In this document: in pieces, positions 34,671 to 42,733 of the stretch
How positions within the stretch are numbered: position 1 is the stretch's first letter
Layout: each line of letters starts with the position of its first letter
From: Calditrichia bacterium
GTDB taxonomy: Bacteria > Calditrichota > Calditrichia > Calditrichales > J004
Assembly (NCBI GenBank): GCA_027006055.1
Contig: JALTKX010000085.1
Span: 668-64,667 of the forward strand
Direction of reading: 5' to 3'
Length of the DNA: 64,000 nucleotides
Notes under the pieces: generated by a model
What the model was told of the DNA's origin: nothing
Seen by the model: the letters and a program-made list of their open reading frames with translations, nothing else
Databases searched by the model: none
Translations under genes and position numbers: made by a program

Positions 34671-36326
34671 TTATTTTTCTCTTTTTGTATATGTATCTGT
34701 TAGAACCTGAAACTGAGTTTTTAAATAACTCATATCAAACTGAATAAGCGCCATGGACATTTTTTCAAACCAATGTGCCAACTCTTCACTTTTATAAGCA
34801 AACACTATTTCTCCCACTTTAATCAGAGTATCCTTAATCTCGCTTAATACCGGCCCGTTTATATGCTGTTCATAACGTTCCACTAGGTCGGCCAACAACG
34901 GATAAACGCTAAAATCAATGGAAGACTTGCTCTCTGTTCCCGCGGGTATACTGTCTTCCGTATGTTGTCCGCCATATTGATGTAACAGGTCATCAAGCGC
35001 ATTAAAATCCACCGGCTTTAAAAGATAATCATCAAAACCGGCCTGTCGGGCATTTTCTATATCCTTGTTGTCGTTGCTGGCGGAAAAGGCGATTATGGGA
35101 ATATGAGCAAGGGCTTTATCGGATTTAAAAAGCCGCAAGCCTTCATATCCATCCTTTCCGGGCATGTTTATGTCCATGAGTATCAATTCAGGTTTATTTT
35201 TTTTCGCCAGTTCCAACCCTTTTTCAACGGAAGGCGCTCCCCAAACCGTGTGTCCTTTTGTTTCATAAAAGCGCTGAATAAGGATGCTGTTCTCAACCGT
35301 ATCATCAACAATAAGAAATTTCCGGCATACCTTTTCCGGAACATCCGTATCCTGGTTTGCTTTTTCGGCAGAGGCGTTAAGTCGTACAACCTTGATATCC
35401 CTGAGATGAAGCCGCACTTCCGTTCCCTCTCCCACGATGCTGTCAATCTCCAGAGTCCCATCCATTTCATCGGCAATCAGGCGGCAAAGTACCAGCCCGA
35501 TACCCAACCCCTCATAACTCACATCCGACGATGACAGCGGATGGTTTAAATAGTTTTTTATCTTTTCCAGATGATCTTGCGGAATTCCCGTGCCGCTATC
35601 CTTTATGGAAAGGGAAAGTGCGGCCTTCTCCTTACTTAAGGATAGAATTTTCGATTCAAAAATAATTTCCCCGTCTGTTGTATGTCTCAGGGCATTGTCC
35701 ACCAGGTGAAATATGATTCGTCTGACATGATAGTCATCTATTAATAAAACCGGGTCTTCATCAGGGACAACTTTTATAAAATCAATATTTTTTTCTTTGA
35801 TTTTTTTAAACAGATCCTCCCGGCAGGTATTCAATATTTCGCCCAGGCTCACTTCTTTTTTTTCAAGCACAAGCTGTCCCGCCTCCAACTTGCTCAGGGA
35901 AATAAGATCATTAATTAAACCGGTAAGTTTGTGCGCGGAATGGATGATTTGTTTTATGTAGCTGGCCGGACCGTTATTTTCTTTTTTCTCCTCTTCATAA
36001 ATAATTTGGGCGAAACCAAGAATGGCGTTCAGTGGTGTGCGCAGTTCATGGCTGATATTGGCCAGAAAGCCGCTGCGTATGGCATTGGCATTTTGTACCA
36101 GTTTCAGGGCATCCTCCAGGGAACGGTTTTTCTCTTCCAGGGCATTCTGTGTCTGTTGAAGTTCTGCCGTTCGTTCCTTAACCAGATTATCCAGTTGCGC
36201 GTAAAACTCAAAATACTTTTGCGTGGCCTCATCCTTTTCGCGGCGGGTGAGTTTTAACTCGTTTTCCAAATGCTTAATTCGCTTTTCCAGAAGCAGGGTC
36301 GTGTCATCCTTAACAACGGCTTCCAT
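34671..36326 (-). CDS. Hybrid sensor histidine kinase (coiled coil-HisKA-HATPase-REC-C-terminal helical domain)
   Basis: H-box ISHELRTPLNAILGF, DSGTGIP, GLGIGL and REC (LIVDDT...LMDINMPGKDG...LKP). It lies 1 nt from the downstream gene and abuts the upstream HDOD gene. Confidence 0.9.
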   Translation of the reverse strand: MEAVVKDDTTLLLEKRIKHLENELKLTRREKDEATQKYFEFYAQLDNLVKERTAELQQTQNALEEKNRSLEDALKLVQNANAIRSGFLANISHELRTPLNAILGFAQIIYEEEKKENNGPASYIKQIIHSAHKLTGLINDLISLSKLEAGQLVLEKKEVSLGEILNTCREDLFKKIKEKNIDFIKVVPDEDPVLLIDDYHVRRIIFHLVDNALRHTTDGEIIFESKILSLSKEKAALSLSIKDSGTGIPQDHLEKIKNYLNHPLSSSDVSYEGLGIGLVLCRLIADEMDGTLEIDSIVGEGTEVRLHLRDIKVVRLNASAEKANQDTDVPEKVCRKFLIVDDTVENSILIQRFYETKGHTVWGAPSVEKGLELAKKNKPELILMDINMPGKDGYEGLRLFKSDKALAHIPIIAFSASNDNKDIENARQAGFDDYLLKPVDFNALDDLLHQYGGQHTEDSIPAGTESKSSIDFSVYPLLADLVERYEQHINGPVLSEIKDTLIKVGEIVFAYKSEELAHWFEKMSMALIQFDMSYLKTQFQVLTDTYTKREK

Positions 36327-37214
36327 CTATAATGCGCCTTTCTCCAGCATTTCCGCTATCTCCAGTTGTCCTTCCTGGATAATCATGTTTAATGACTCCT
36401 GCTCCAGATTCAATGTTTCCAGGCAACGGGTATACAGATCATCATCAAAGAGCGTGGCGCTATAGTAGCCAATTTGGGCAAAATGGCATTGTATGGCGGC
36501 AACATGCATAACCGCCGTTATTTCAAAGTGCTCCTCGGGTGCGTCAAAGGGGTTGGCATGATAGGCGATGCAGCTAATGATTTCTTCAGGGAGGTTCCAG
36601 TTCCGGGCTATTTCCCTGCCCAAATAGGCGTGATTAAAGCCAAATACCTTTTCCTCAATGCGGGAAAGATGTTCGCCCTTGCTATTGGCAAGATGCAGGA
36701 TTTTGGTAAAGGCCTTTCTTAAAAACTGCTCCTCGGCGATTAAACCGATTTTGTGCAACAGTCCGGCGGAATAGATATTGTCACCGCTTTTGCCAAACTC
36801 ACGGCGATAGATCATTTTTGCAAAATGCGCCGTGGCCACGCTATAGGCCCATAACTCGGAGCGGCGATAGCCCTCGATGGCTTCATCCCGGTCAAACAAT
36901 TCACAGGCCTTTTGGCGCAGGGCCAGCTCGCGCACCGTATTGAAACCTACCCAGACAATTGCCTTGCCCACATCGTCAATTTTGTTTTGGGGGGCATAAA
37001 AAGATGAATTAGAAACCCGTAGTATTTTCGCGGTTAAGGGGGGGTCTATACTTATTATATCCTTTAAATCCCTGGCGGTGGACTTTGGATCGTTAATTAA
37101 ACGGATAATGTTGCCCACAACGGACTTTATGGAAGATAAGTCGGAATCGTTAATGGCACTAAGAATACGCTCTATGCGTTCCGTCCGTTGGTCCGTCTGT
37201 ACTGCTGCTTCCAT
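36327..37214 (-). CDS. HDOD-domain signalling protein
   Basis: KILRVSNSSFYAPQNKIDDVGKAIVWVGFNTVRELAL and downstream HK/H..D-like helices typical of HDOD. Confidence 0.8.
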   Translation of the reverse strand: MEAAVQTDQRTERIERILSAINDSDLSSIKSVVGNIIRLINDPKSTARDLKDIISIDPPLTAKILRVSNSSFYAPQNKIDDVGKAIVWVGFNTVRELALRQKACELFDRDEAIEGYRRSELWAYSVATAHFAKMIYRREFGKSGDNIYSAGLLHKIGLIAEEQFLRKAFTKILHLANSKGEHLSRIEEKVFGFNHAYLGREIARNWNLPEEIISCIAYHANPFDAPEEHFEITAVMHVAAIQCHFAQIGYYSATLFDDDLYTRCLETLNLEQESLNMIIQEGQLEIAEMLEKGAL

Positions 37215-37303
37215 GGTACACTCCTGTTGCTTATGGAATGACTATCGGAAGCGGATATTGCGACCTTTAAAGAGGCGGCGATAGTGAATAGAATCAGAGC
37301 CTC

Positions 37304-37534
37304 TTATAAAGCCTTTAACTCACGAACGGTTTTTATCTCTATCGGCACGCCGTCTATCTTAGGGGGAATTTTCTCCCGGAGCGACTCCGGATGATTGACA
37401 ACCCCAATATAAATACCGGCGGTATTATCAATTTCACCGATACCTATGGAAACCACATTGCTTATGGCCAGCCAGTCGCTTTCGTGCCGCCGTTTTACCC
37501 TTTTGGCCCGTTCCAGGGCCTCCGTGCCGTTCAT
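37304..37534 (-). CDS. 76-aa protein homologous to the N-terminal (pro-like) domain of the adjacent S1 protease
   Basis: NVVSIGIGE...IPPKIDGVPIEI aligns with protease residues NVVATGIGY...IPAEIDGLPTDV. ATGA overlap with the protease stop. Confidence 0.6.
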   Translation of the reverse strand: MNGTEALERAKRVKRRHESDWLAISNVVSIGIGEIDNTAGIYIGVVNHPESLREKIPPKIDGVPIEIKTVRELKAL

Positions 37535-38565
37535 TCGGGCAATCCGACATTCAACAGTTCAAAAACATTTTGTATTCTGTTGATGATGGTGGAGTTGGCG
37601 CTACCCGCAAACAGCAGACCCACGATTTCGTTATTGGTATTTAATATGGCGCTGCCGCTGTCTCCCCCGGCGCTCATGTTGCCGGCCATGAGCTGATCCA
37701 CAAACGTGGCCGTTTTTCCCGCGCCATAACTTACCTGGGAGGTGACATCAATCTGCAAAATCTGCCCTTCGGTATAGGCTGTCGTTCTTCCGCTTTTCTT
37801 AACATCCATGCCTAAAAGGCCCTCGGCCACCCCGCTGATTGTGCCAATCTCCAGAATTTCCGTCAATAAGTCCTCCTGATTGAGCGGTTTGGCGATGGCG
37901 GCATCTACCAGATTATCGGCGGCCCGCGGCTCATAAACGGCCTTTAGCCGCGACTTGCGCCCGGCCATGGCCGAAAGGGCGTTCAAAATATGCGCCGAGG
38001 CATTGGCAATGGCGCATCCACTATCCCCTCCCCCGTTTCCGCCGGGGTCCGGCTCGTTATCATAACGGATGGGCACAAAATCGCTCAGCCGTGCCAAAAC
38101 ATCATTTTGCCGGCTGCCGCCGTCCGTGGGACCGGGTTGCAGGATATCATCGCCGATTGAAGCGTCGTTACTGTTAGCCATGACATGATTGTTGGAGAGA
38201 ATGTATTTTTCACCACCTTTCATTACCGCGCAGCCCAGGGTGCCCGCCGTAATGGCATAATGCCCCAGACTGATACCGCCCATCGCCGGGCGATGGCGCG
38301 CCTTGTGATTCTGGAAAATACTCAACGGCCCGGTGGCATATACATCGGTCGGCAGGCCGTCAATCTCGGCGGGGATGCGTTCGTTTAAGGACAGACTTTG
38401 TAAACTTTGCTTATGTTCCACCGAACAGACCAGACACAGGGCGTCGGTTTTTTGCCCGTCCACATATTTATATCCTATCCCGGTGGCCACAACATTTCTC
38501 TTTTCCATAAGCGTTTGCCGGACATCCCTGATAAGCGAGCGGGCTTCCTGAATTGACAAGGCCAT
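37531..38565 (-). CDS. Trypsin-fold (S1) serine protease with N-terminal pro-like domain
   Basis: Putative triad: His127 (SNNHV), Asp221 (NLVDAAIA), Ser303 (GGDSGSAI). GGAGGAG RBS. No obvious signal peptide. Confidence 0.75.
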   Translation of the reverse strand: MALSIQEARSLIRDVRQTLMEKRNVVATGIGYKYVDGQKTDALCLVCSVEHKQSLQSLSLNERIPAEIDGLPTDVYATGPLSIFQNHKARHRPAMGGISLGHYAITAGTLGCAVMKGGEKYILSNNHVMANSNDASIGDDILQPGPTDGGSRQNDVLARLSDFVPIRYDNEPDPGGNGGGDSGCAIANASAHILNALSAMAGRKSRLKAVYEPRAADNLVDAAIAKPLNQEDLLTEILEIGTISGVAEGLLGMDVKKSGRTTAYTEGQILQIDVTSQVSYGAGKTATFVDQLMAGNMSAGGDSGSAILNTNNEIVGLLFAGSANSTIINRIQNVFELLNVGLPE

Positions 38566-38670
38566 TACGCTCCTCCCATCTTGTTAAATGATTTTTTTTT
38601 TGTGTAAGTCTCTTGCCCGGCGCCGTAAGTGGTTATAGATATGTTACCGTAATGCGCGTGGGATCGGTGT

Positions 38671-39840
38671 TTAGGGAATATTTGAAAGAACCAGCCCGTC
38701 CCGGCTGTCAATTTCGTCGGCATAAGAGTTGACCAGTTCCGGCGCGTAGTTGTGGGCTACCCGCAGATGATCCAGGGCTTCGTCATGGTTGCGTTGACGA
38801 TAGGCCTTGTAGGCCCGCAGATGCCCAAGGGCCAGCATTTCCCTGTCCGCTTCCGTGGGCTTTTTAAAGCTGCCCTCCAGGGCCGGAATCGTTAGGGTAA
38901 GTCCCTTAACCAAAAAGTCCGGATTTTCAATTTTATCGTGATTGGCCTCGTAAAGCAGCGGCCATAAATAGCCGTTATCATAATAGTGCCTGGCCAGGCG
39001 CCACAGGCTTTCACCGTGCCGGGTAAGATGACTACGCGCGCTTCTTTTAGCTACGGACTGTGCCTCCGGCGCCGGTTGGGATACCGGGGGCGTTTTTAAG
39101 GTGGGTTCCGCTTCCTGCTTCTTTTCATTAACGGCAGCCGTTTCAATCCCCGCCTGCGAAGTCAGCGCCGACGTCGTTGGCTCTTCCGCCCGGGTACCGT
39201 CCTCCTCGGGTCTGTAGTTCATATAAACAAAAATGAGCAGCAGGATTACAAATACAGTGGCATAAAGCCCCTTGCGCGAGTGACTTTCCTCTTGCGGCGG
39301 CGGCGTTTTTTTCTCCCCGCTTCCCTCCGCCGCAGGATCTTTATGCACAATCGCCGGAGCATATTTAACTTCTCTCTTCGGGCTGCTTTTCTGCTCATCG
39401 GCCTCCCGGGATATTAAAGGAGCCTTATCAGTCTCCACTTTTGCTTCAATGGCGCCATCCACAAAGGAATCATTTAAAAAGCGGTTAAAAGCGTCGGCTT
39501 CTGTATTCGTTTCCGGGACGGGCTCCAGGGGCAAGGGTTTTAAATGGGCATATTGTTTATTTATCAATTCCCGTAATCGTTTTTCCGGCTTAAAATAGAC
39601 CTTACGATGGGCGGGAATCGTGATGGCCCGACCGGTTCCGGGATCGCGCCCGGAACGCTCGCCAACATTTTTCAGACGGAAGATACCCAAACCGCTCAGT
39701 TGCACCACCCCGTCCTCCAGCAGGCCTTCCCTGATGACGGCGGCCATTTCACGAACAAACAGACGACTGACATTTTGCGACACACCGCCCCGGGCGGAAA
39801 TGTCCTCTATTAATCTTTTAAAGGATATTTTCTCATGCAT
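38671..39840 (-). CDS. HU/IHF-fold DNA-binding domain - TM helix - LysM domain fusion protein
   Basis: N-terminal HU-like region (LSGLGIFRLKNVGERSGRDPGTGRAITIPAHRKVYFKP). TM helix GLYATVFVILLLIFVYMNY. C-terminal LysM (GESLWRLARHYY...LLYEANHDKIENPDFLVKGLTLTIP). Confidence 0.75.
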   Translation of the reverse strand: MHEKISFKRLIEDISARGGVSQNVSRLFVREMAAVIREGLLEDGVVQLSGLGIFRLKNVGERSGRDPGTGRAITIPAHRKVYFKPEKRLRELINKQYAHLKPLPLEPVPETNTEADAFNRFLNDSFVDGAIEAKVETDKAPLISREADEQKSSPKREVKYAPAIVHKDPAAEGSGEKKTPPPQEESHSRKGLYATVFVILLLIFVYMNYRPEEDGTRAEEPTTSALTSQAGIETAAVNEKKQEAEPTLKTPPVSQPAPEAQSVAKRSARSHLTRHGESLWRLARHYYDNGYLWPLLYEANHDKIENPDFLVKGLTLTIPALEGSFKKPTEADREMLALGHLRAYKAYRQRNHDEALDHLRVAHNYAPELVNSYADEIDSRDGLVLSNIP

Positions 39841-39850
39841 AAGGCTGTCC

Positions 39851-40123
39851 TTACTTGATCTCTTCCTTCAGGGCACGGGACGGTTTAAAAAAAACGCTGA
39901 CCTTGCGGGGAATAAGCATTTTTTTCTTAAAATGCGGATTGTAGGCTTGTCGTTCCTTGCGCTCCACGCTTCCAAACGTTCCCAGCCGGGGAATATTAAA
40001 ATGATTGCGTTCCACCAGATGGTCGTTCATCACACCTATACAGTGTGTGTACAAAACCTTTGTTTCCTTAAGGGATTTTTGCATTCTGCCGGCAATCCGT
40101 TTTAATGCTTCGCTGGTATTCAT
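39851..40123 (-). CDS. HU/IHF-like small DNA-binding protein (divergent)
   Basis: 90 aa with the arm region RLGTFGSVERKERQAYNPHFKKKMLIPRKVSVFFKPS. Confidence 0.65.
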   Translation of the reverse strand: MNTSEALKRIAGRMQKSLKETKVLYTHCIGVMNDHLVERNHFNIPRLGTFGSVERKERQAYNPHFKKKMLIPRKVSVFFKPSRALKEEIK

Positions 40124-40364
40124 ATTCTTCTCATTTTTGGATGAATGTCATAATAAATCATATCGGGCGGGTTGTCAAATATTAATTTTGCGCCGGAACC
40201 CGCGCGATCCCCTGTTTAATATATCGGTAATTATTGGCAAAGAAAAAGCCGCAATCGTTTTTTATTTTCCGTCGGGACAGGTTATGGAAGCCGGTCCGGC
40301 GGATGAGCTATGTATCCCCGGCGCCCTCTTTACATCAAAAAAAGAAAGTAAAAACGAGGTTCCC

Positions 40365-41681
40365 ATGGAAAAACATGTTGTGGTGATTGGCGCCGGTCCC
40401 GCCGGTTTGGAGGCGGCGCGCTCGGCGGCGTTGCATGGCGCGCGGGTTACCCTGATCAGCGATGAAGAACCGGGTGGACGGGCGGCCTGGCATAGTCTAT
40501 TACCGAGCAAAATATGGCTGCAATATGCGCTGAAAGCGAATAAAGGAGAGCTCCCCTCCGGCCAGGCCTTACCCGGCGGAGAAATCCAACGCGCCCGTGA
40601 AAGCTGGGCCTCTCACAGCAGCCGCCTGTTGGAACAGCTTGGCGTTCGCCTGATTAGGGGACAGGCCCGCTACATGCATGCCGGACGGATTGACGTGCTC
40701 GGTCCCCGGAATGAAAAGCTGGAAGAGCTCTGTCCGGATGCCTCGATTATCGCCGGCGGGTCCATCCCCAACTTCCCCGATGGCTTAAAGCCCGACGGCA
40801 GACGAGTCATCGCTCCCCGTTTTATGAGCGCTTTAAGAGAGCTGCCCTCAACCCTGGCCGTAATCGGCGGCGGCGTTACCGGAACCGAGTTCGCCTATCT
40901 CTTTTCTTCCCTGGGCTTAAAGGTAGAGTGGTTTGTGGATAGCTATGGTCTTTTACCCGGCTTTGACAGGGAGATGAGTGCTCTGCTGAAGAAAACCTTG
41001 CTTAACGCCGGCATAACCATGCATGAACCGGTAACTGTCAGCGCCATTCACCGTTATGCCGACCATGTAACCGTTGAAACCACCGGGGGCGAAACGATCA
41101 CCACGGAAATGGCCTTTGTGGCTATCGGGCGTGTTCCGGATATAAAACGTCTTGGGCTCGGCGTTCTGCATGATGATCCCTCCGGCGAGATTAAACTGAC
41201 AACCGATCCCTATGGCCGCACTCAATTTGAAACGATCTATGCCGTGGGCGATGTGGTTAATTCCCGTAAAACCGCCAACCGGGCCATGGCCCAGGCCTAT
41301 ATCGCGGGCGCCCACGCGGCCGGGAAAGATGTAGAGCCCTTTGATGAAAAGAATGTCATCTCCGCCGTATATACCGAACCCGGACTGGCACAAGCGGGTG
41401 TGTTGCAAGGGCCGGATATAAAAACATACCTGACCTCTTATTCCCATTCCATGATCAGTCATATTTCCAATAGCAGCGGTTGGATAAAGCTGGCCGTAAA
41501 CGGCGGGGGCTTCTTAAGCGGCGCCGCCGTCCTGGGCCCCCATGCCGCGGAAATAATTACTCCGGCCATGCTGATCATGGACAGCCGCAAACCCGTGGAT
41601 TACTATAAAAAGTTTTACGCGGCCAACCCGACCTACAGCGAGCTTTTTTTTGACGCGCTGAGGCAGTTGCCCGCCCAATAG
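40365..41681 (+). CDS. Class-I pyridine-nucleotide-disulfide-oxidoreductase homologue lacking the redox-active CxxxxC and the catalytic His
   Basis: FAD fold VVVIGAGPAGLEAA and NAD fold LAVIGGGVTGTEFA. GGRAAWHSLLPSK sits where GGTCLNxGCIPSK is expected. ANPTYSE sits where HAHPTxSE is expected. Start ATG at 40365 with GAGG 6 nt upstream. Confidence 0.75.
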   Translation: MEKHVVVIGAGPAGLEAARSAALHGARVTLISDEEPGGRAAWHSLLPSKIWLQYALKANKGELPSGQALPGGEIQRARESWASHSSRLLEQLGVRLIRGQARYMHAGRIDVLGPRNEKLEELCPDASIIAGGSIPNFPDGLKPDGRRVIAPRFMSALRELPSTLAVIGGGVTGTEFAYLFSSLGLKVEWFVDSYGLLPGFDREMSALLKKTLLNAGITMHEPVTVSAIHRYADHVTVETTGGETITTEMAFVAIGRVPDIKRLGLGVLHDDPSGEIKLTTDPYGRTQFETIYAVGDVVNSRKTANRAMAQAYIAGAHAAGKDVEPFDEKNVISAVYTEPGLAQAGVLQGPDIKTYLTSYSHSMISHISNSSGWIKLAVNGGGFLSGAAVLGPHAAEIITPAMLIMDSRKPVDYYKKFYAANPTYSELFFDALRQLPAQ

Positions 41682-41693
41682 GTCTCTTTTGAC

Positions 41694-41722
41694 TCCCTGC
41701 CTGTTTCCATTACGGGCAGGGA
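41694..41722 (+). terminator. Probable rho-independent terminator
   Basis: Stem tccctgcc / ggcaggga with an 11-13 nt loop, followed by a T-rich tail (atttgattcttt). It lies 12 nt after the stop codon. Confidence 0.55.
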
Positions 41723-41792
41723 TTTGATTCTTTGCATAAAAGTTCCTATTATCTGCGGCTTAAATTTTCATCCTTAAACCTCGGGAACTTTA

Positions 41793-42725
41793 ATGCAAAA
41801 AATTTTATCTCATAAAACAATCCGTGATTATGTGGCCATATTTATCGGCGCCATGCTCATGGGAATTTCCATATCGGTTTTTTTAATAGACGCCCGGGTG
41901 GTGCCTGGCGGTATCTCCGCCGTGGCCATGGCCATTCACTATCTAAGCGACGGGGCCATACCCGTGGGACTTTCCTTGTGGCTGATGAACATCCCTCTTT
42001 TTTTATGGGGGACGCGGGAACTGGGCAGCACCTTTGCCGCCCGCACCGTTTTCGGCTTCAGCGTAAGCGCTTTCAGTATAGACCTCTTTCGCGGCGATAT
42101 ACCGGGCCTGGGTTTTATTAAATGGAACAGCAGCGCCCCTATCCTGGATCTGCTGCATCATGATTTTTTCTTTCTCACGGTGATCGGCGCCGTTTTGCTG
42201 GGCGTGGGCATGGGGCTGGTGCTGCGGCATCGGGGCACCATAGGCGGCGCGGACGTCATAACCGCCATTCTTCACAAGCGCTACGGCATTAAGCCGGGAC
42301 AGTCGATTATTTTCCTCAATGTCATTATTATTTCACTGGCCACTGTCGTGATAGAGCTCAAGGAGCTTTCCCCCGAAAGGCCGGCGCTCTCCTTGGCTTT
42401 TTATGCCTTTTTGCTTACTTTTATTCTTTCCCGCATAGTGGATATGTTGCTGGACGGTTTTGACTACGCCCGTTCCGCCTGGATCATATCGGAAAAATGC
42501 GAGGAGATTAGCCGGGCCATTCTGCATGACATGAACCGCGGGGCCACGGCCTTTAAGGGACGCGGACTTTATCTCAATACCGACCGTGATATTTTGATGA
42601 CCGTTATTACCCGCCGGGAGCTTCCGGGACTGCAGGAGCGCATTCAGCAAATCGATCCCGAAGCCTTTGTAATTATCAGCACCGTTCACGAGGTGCTGGG
42701 CGAGGGGTTTAAGCGCCGAACTTAG
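41793..42725 (+). CDS. YitT-family membrane protein (DUF161 repeats + DUF2179 C-terminal domain)
   Basis: Polytopic N-terminus with GGISA...GG(A/T)D patterns. The soluble C-terminus (GATAFKGRGLY...VITRRELPGLQERIQQIDPEAFVIISTVHEVLGEGF) is typical of YitT. Confidence 0.75.
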   Translation: MQKILSHKTIRDYVAIFIGAMLMGISISVFLIDARVVPGGISAVAMAIHYLSDGAIPVGLSLWLMNIPLFLWGTRELGSTFAARTVFGFSVSAFSIDLFRGDIPGLGFIKWNSSAPILDLLHHDFFFLTVIGAVLLGVGMGLVLRHRGTIGGADVITAILHKRYGIKPGQSIIFLNVIIISLATVVIELKELSPERPALSLAFYAFLLTFILSRIVDMLLDGFDYARSAWIISEKCEEISRAILHDMNRGATAFKGRGLYLNTDRDILMTVITRRELPGLQERIQQIDPEAFVIISTVHEVLGEGFKRRT

Positions 42726-42733
42726 GATGAACT

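Noticed and set aside
38014-38031. A second GGDSGC motif inside the protease, resembling a duplicated active-site serine.
   Set aside because: It lies in the Gly-rich insertion between the catalytic His and Asp, not at the position of the nucleophile elbow in the trypsin fold. The canonical GDSGS at Ser303 is present. I treat it as a coincidental low-complexity match.
38602-38620. A sigma54-like element on the minus strand upstream of the S1 protease (GGGCAA-GAGAC-TTACA).
   Set aside because: The -12 element lacks the near-invariant GC dinucleotide (TTAC instead of TTGC), and the -24 element deviates as well. It is most likely a chance match.
40005-40364. N-terminal extensions offered by the ORF track: 40005 for the flavoprotein, 19440 for the activator, 16269 for ST1, 17399 for ST2, 22426, 23385, 58289, 26640 and 27128.
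   Set aside because: The extensions overlap the preceding gene or a divergent promoter region and add non-homologous sequence. Internal ATGs with a Shine-Dalgarno sequence or stop-start coupling coincide with the beginning of the conserved domains. These are 40365, 19518, 16332, 17429, 22486, 23448, 58307, 26559 and 27068.
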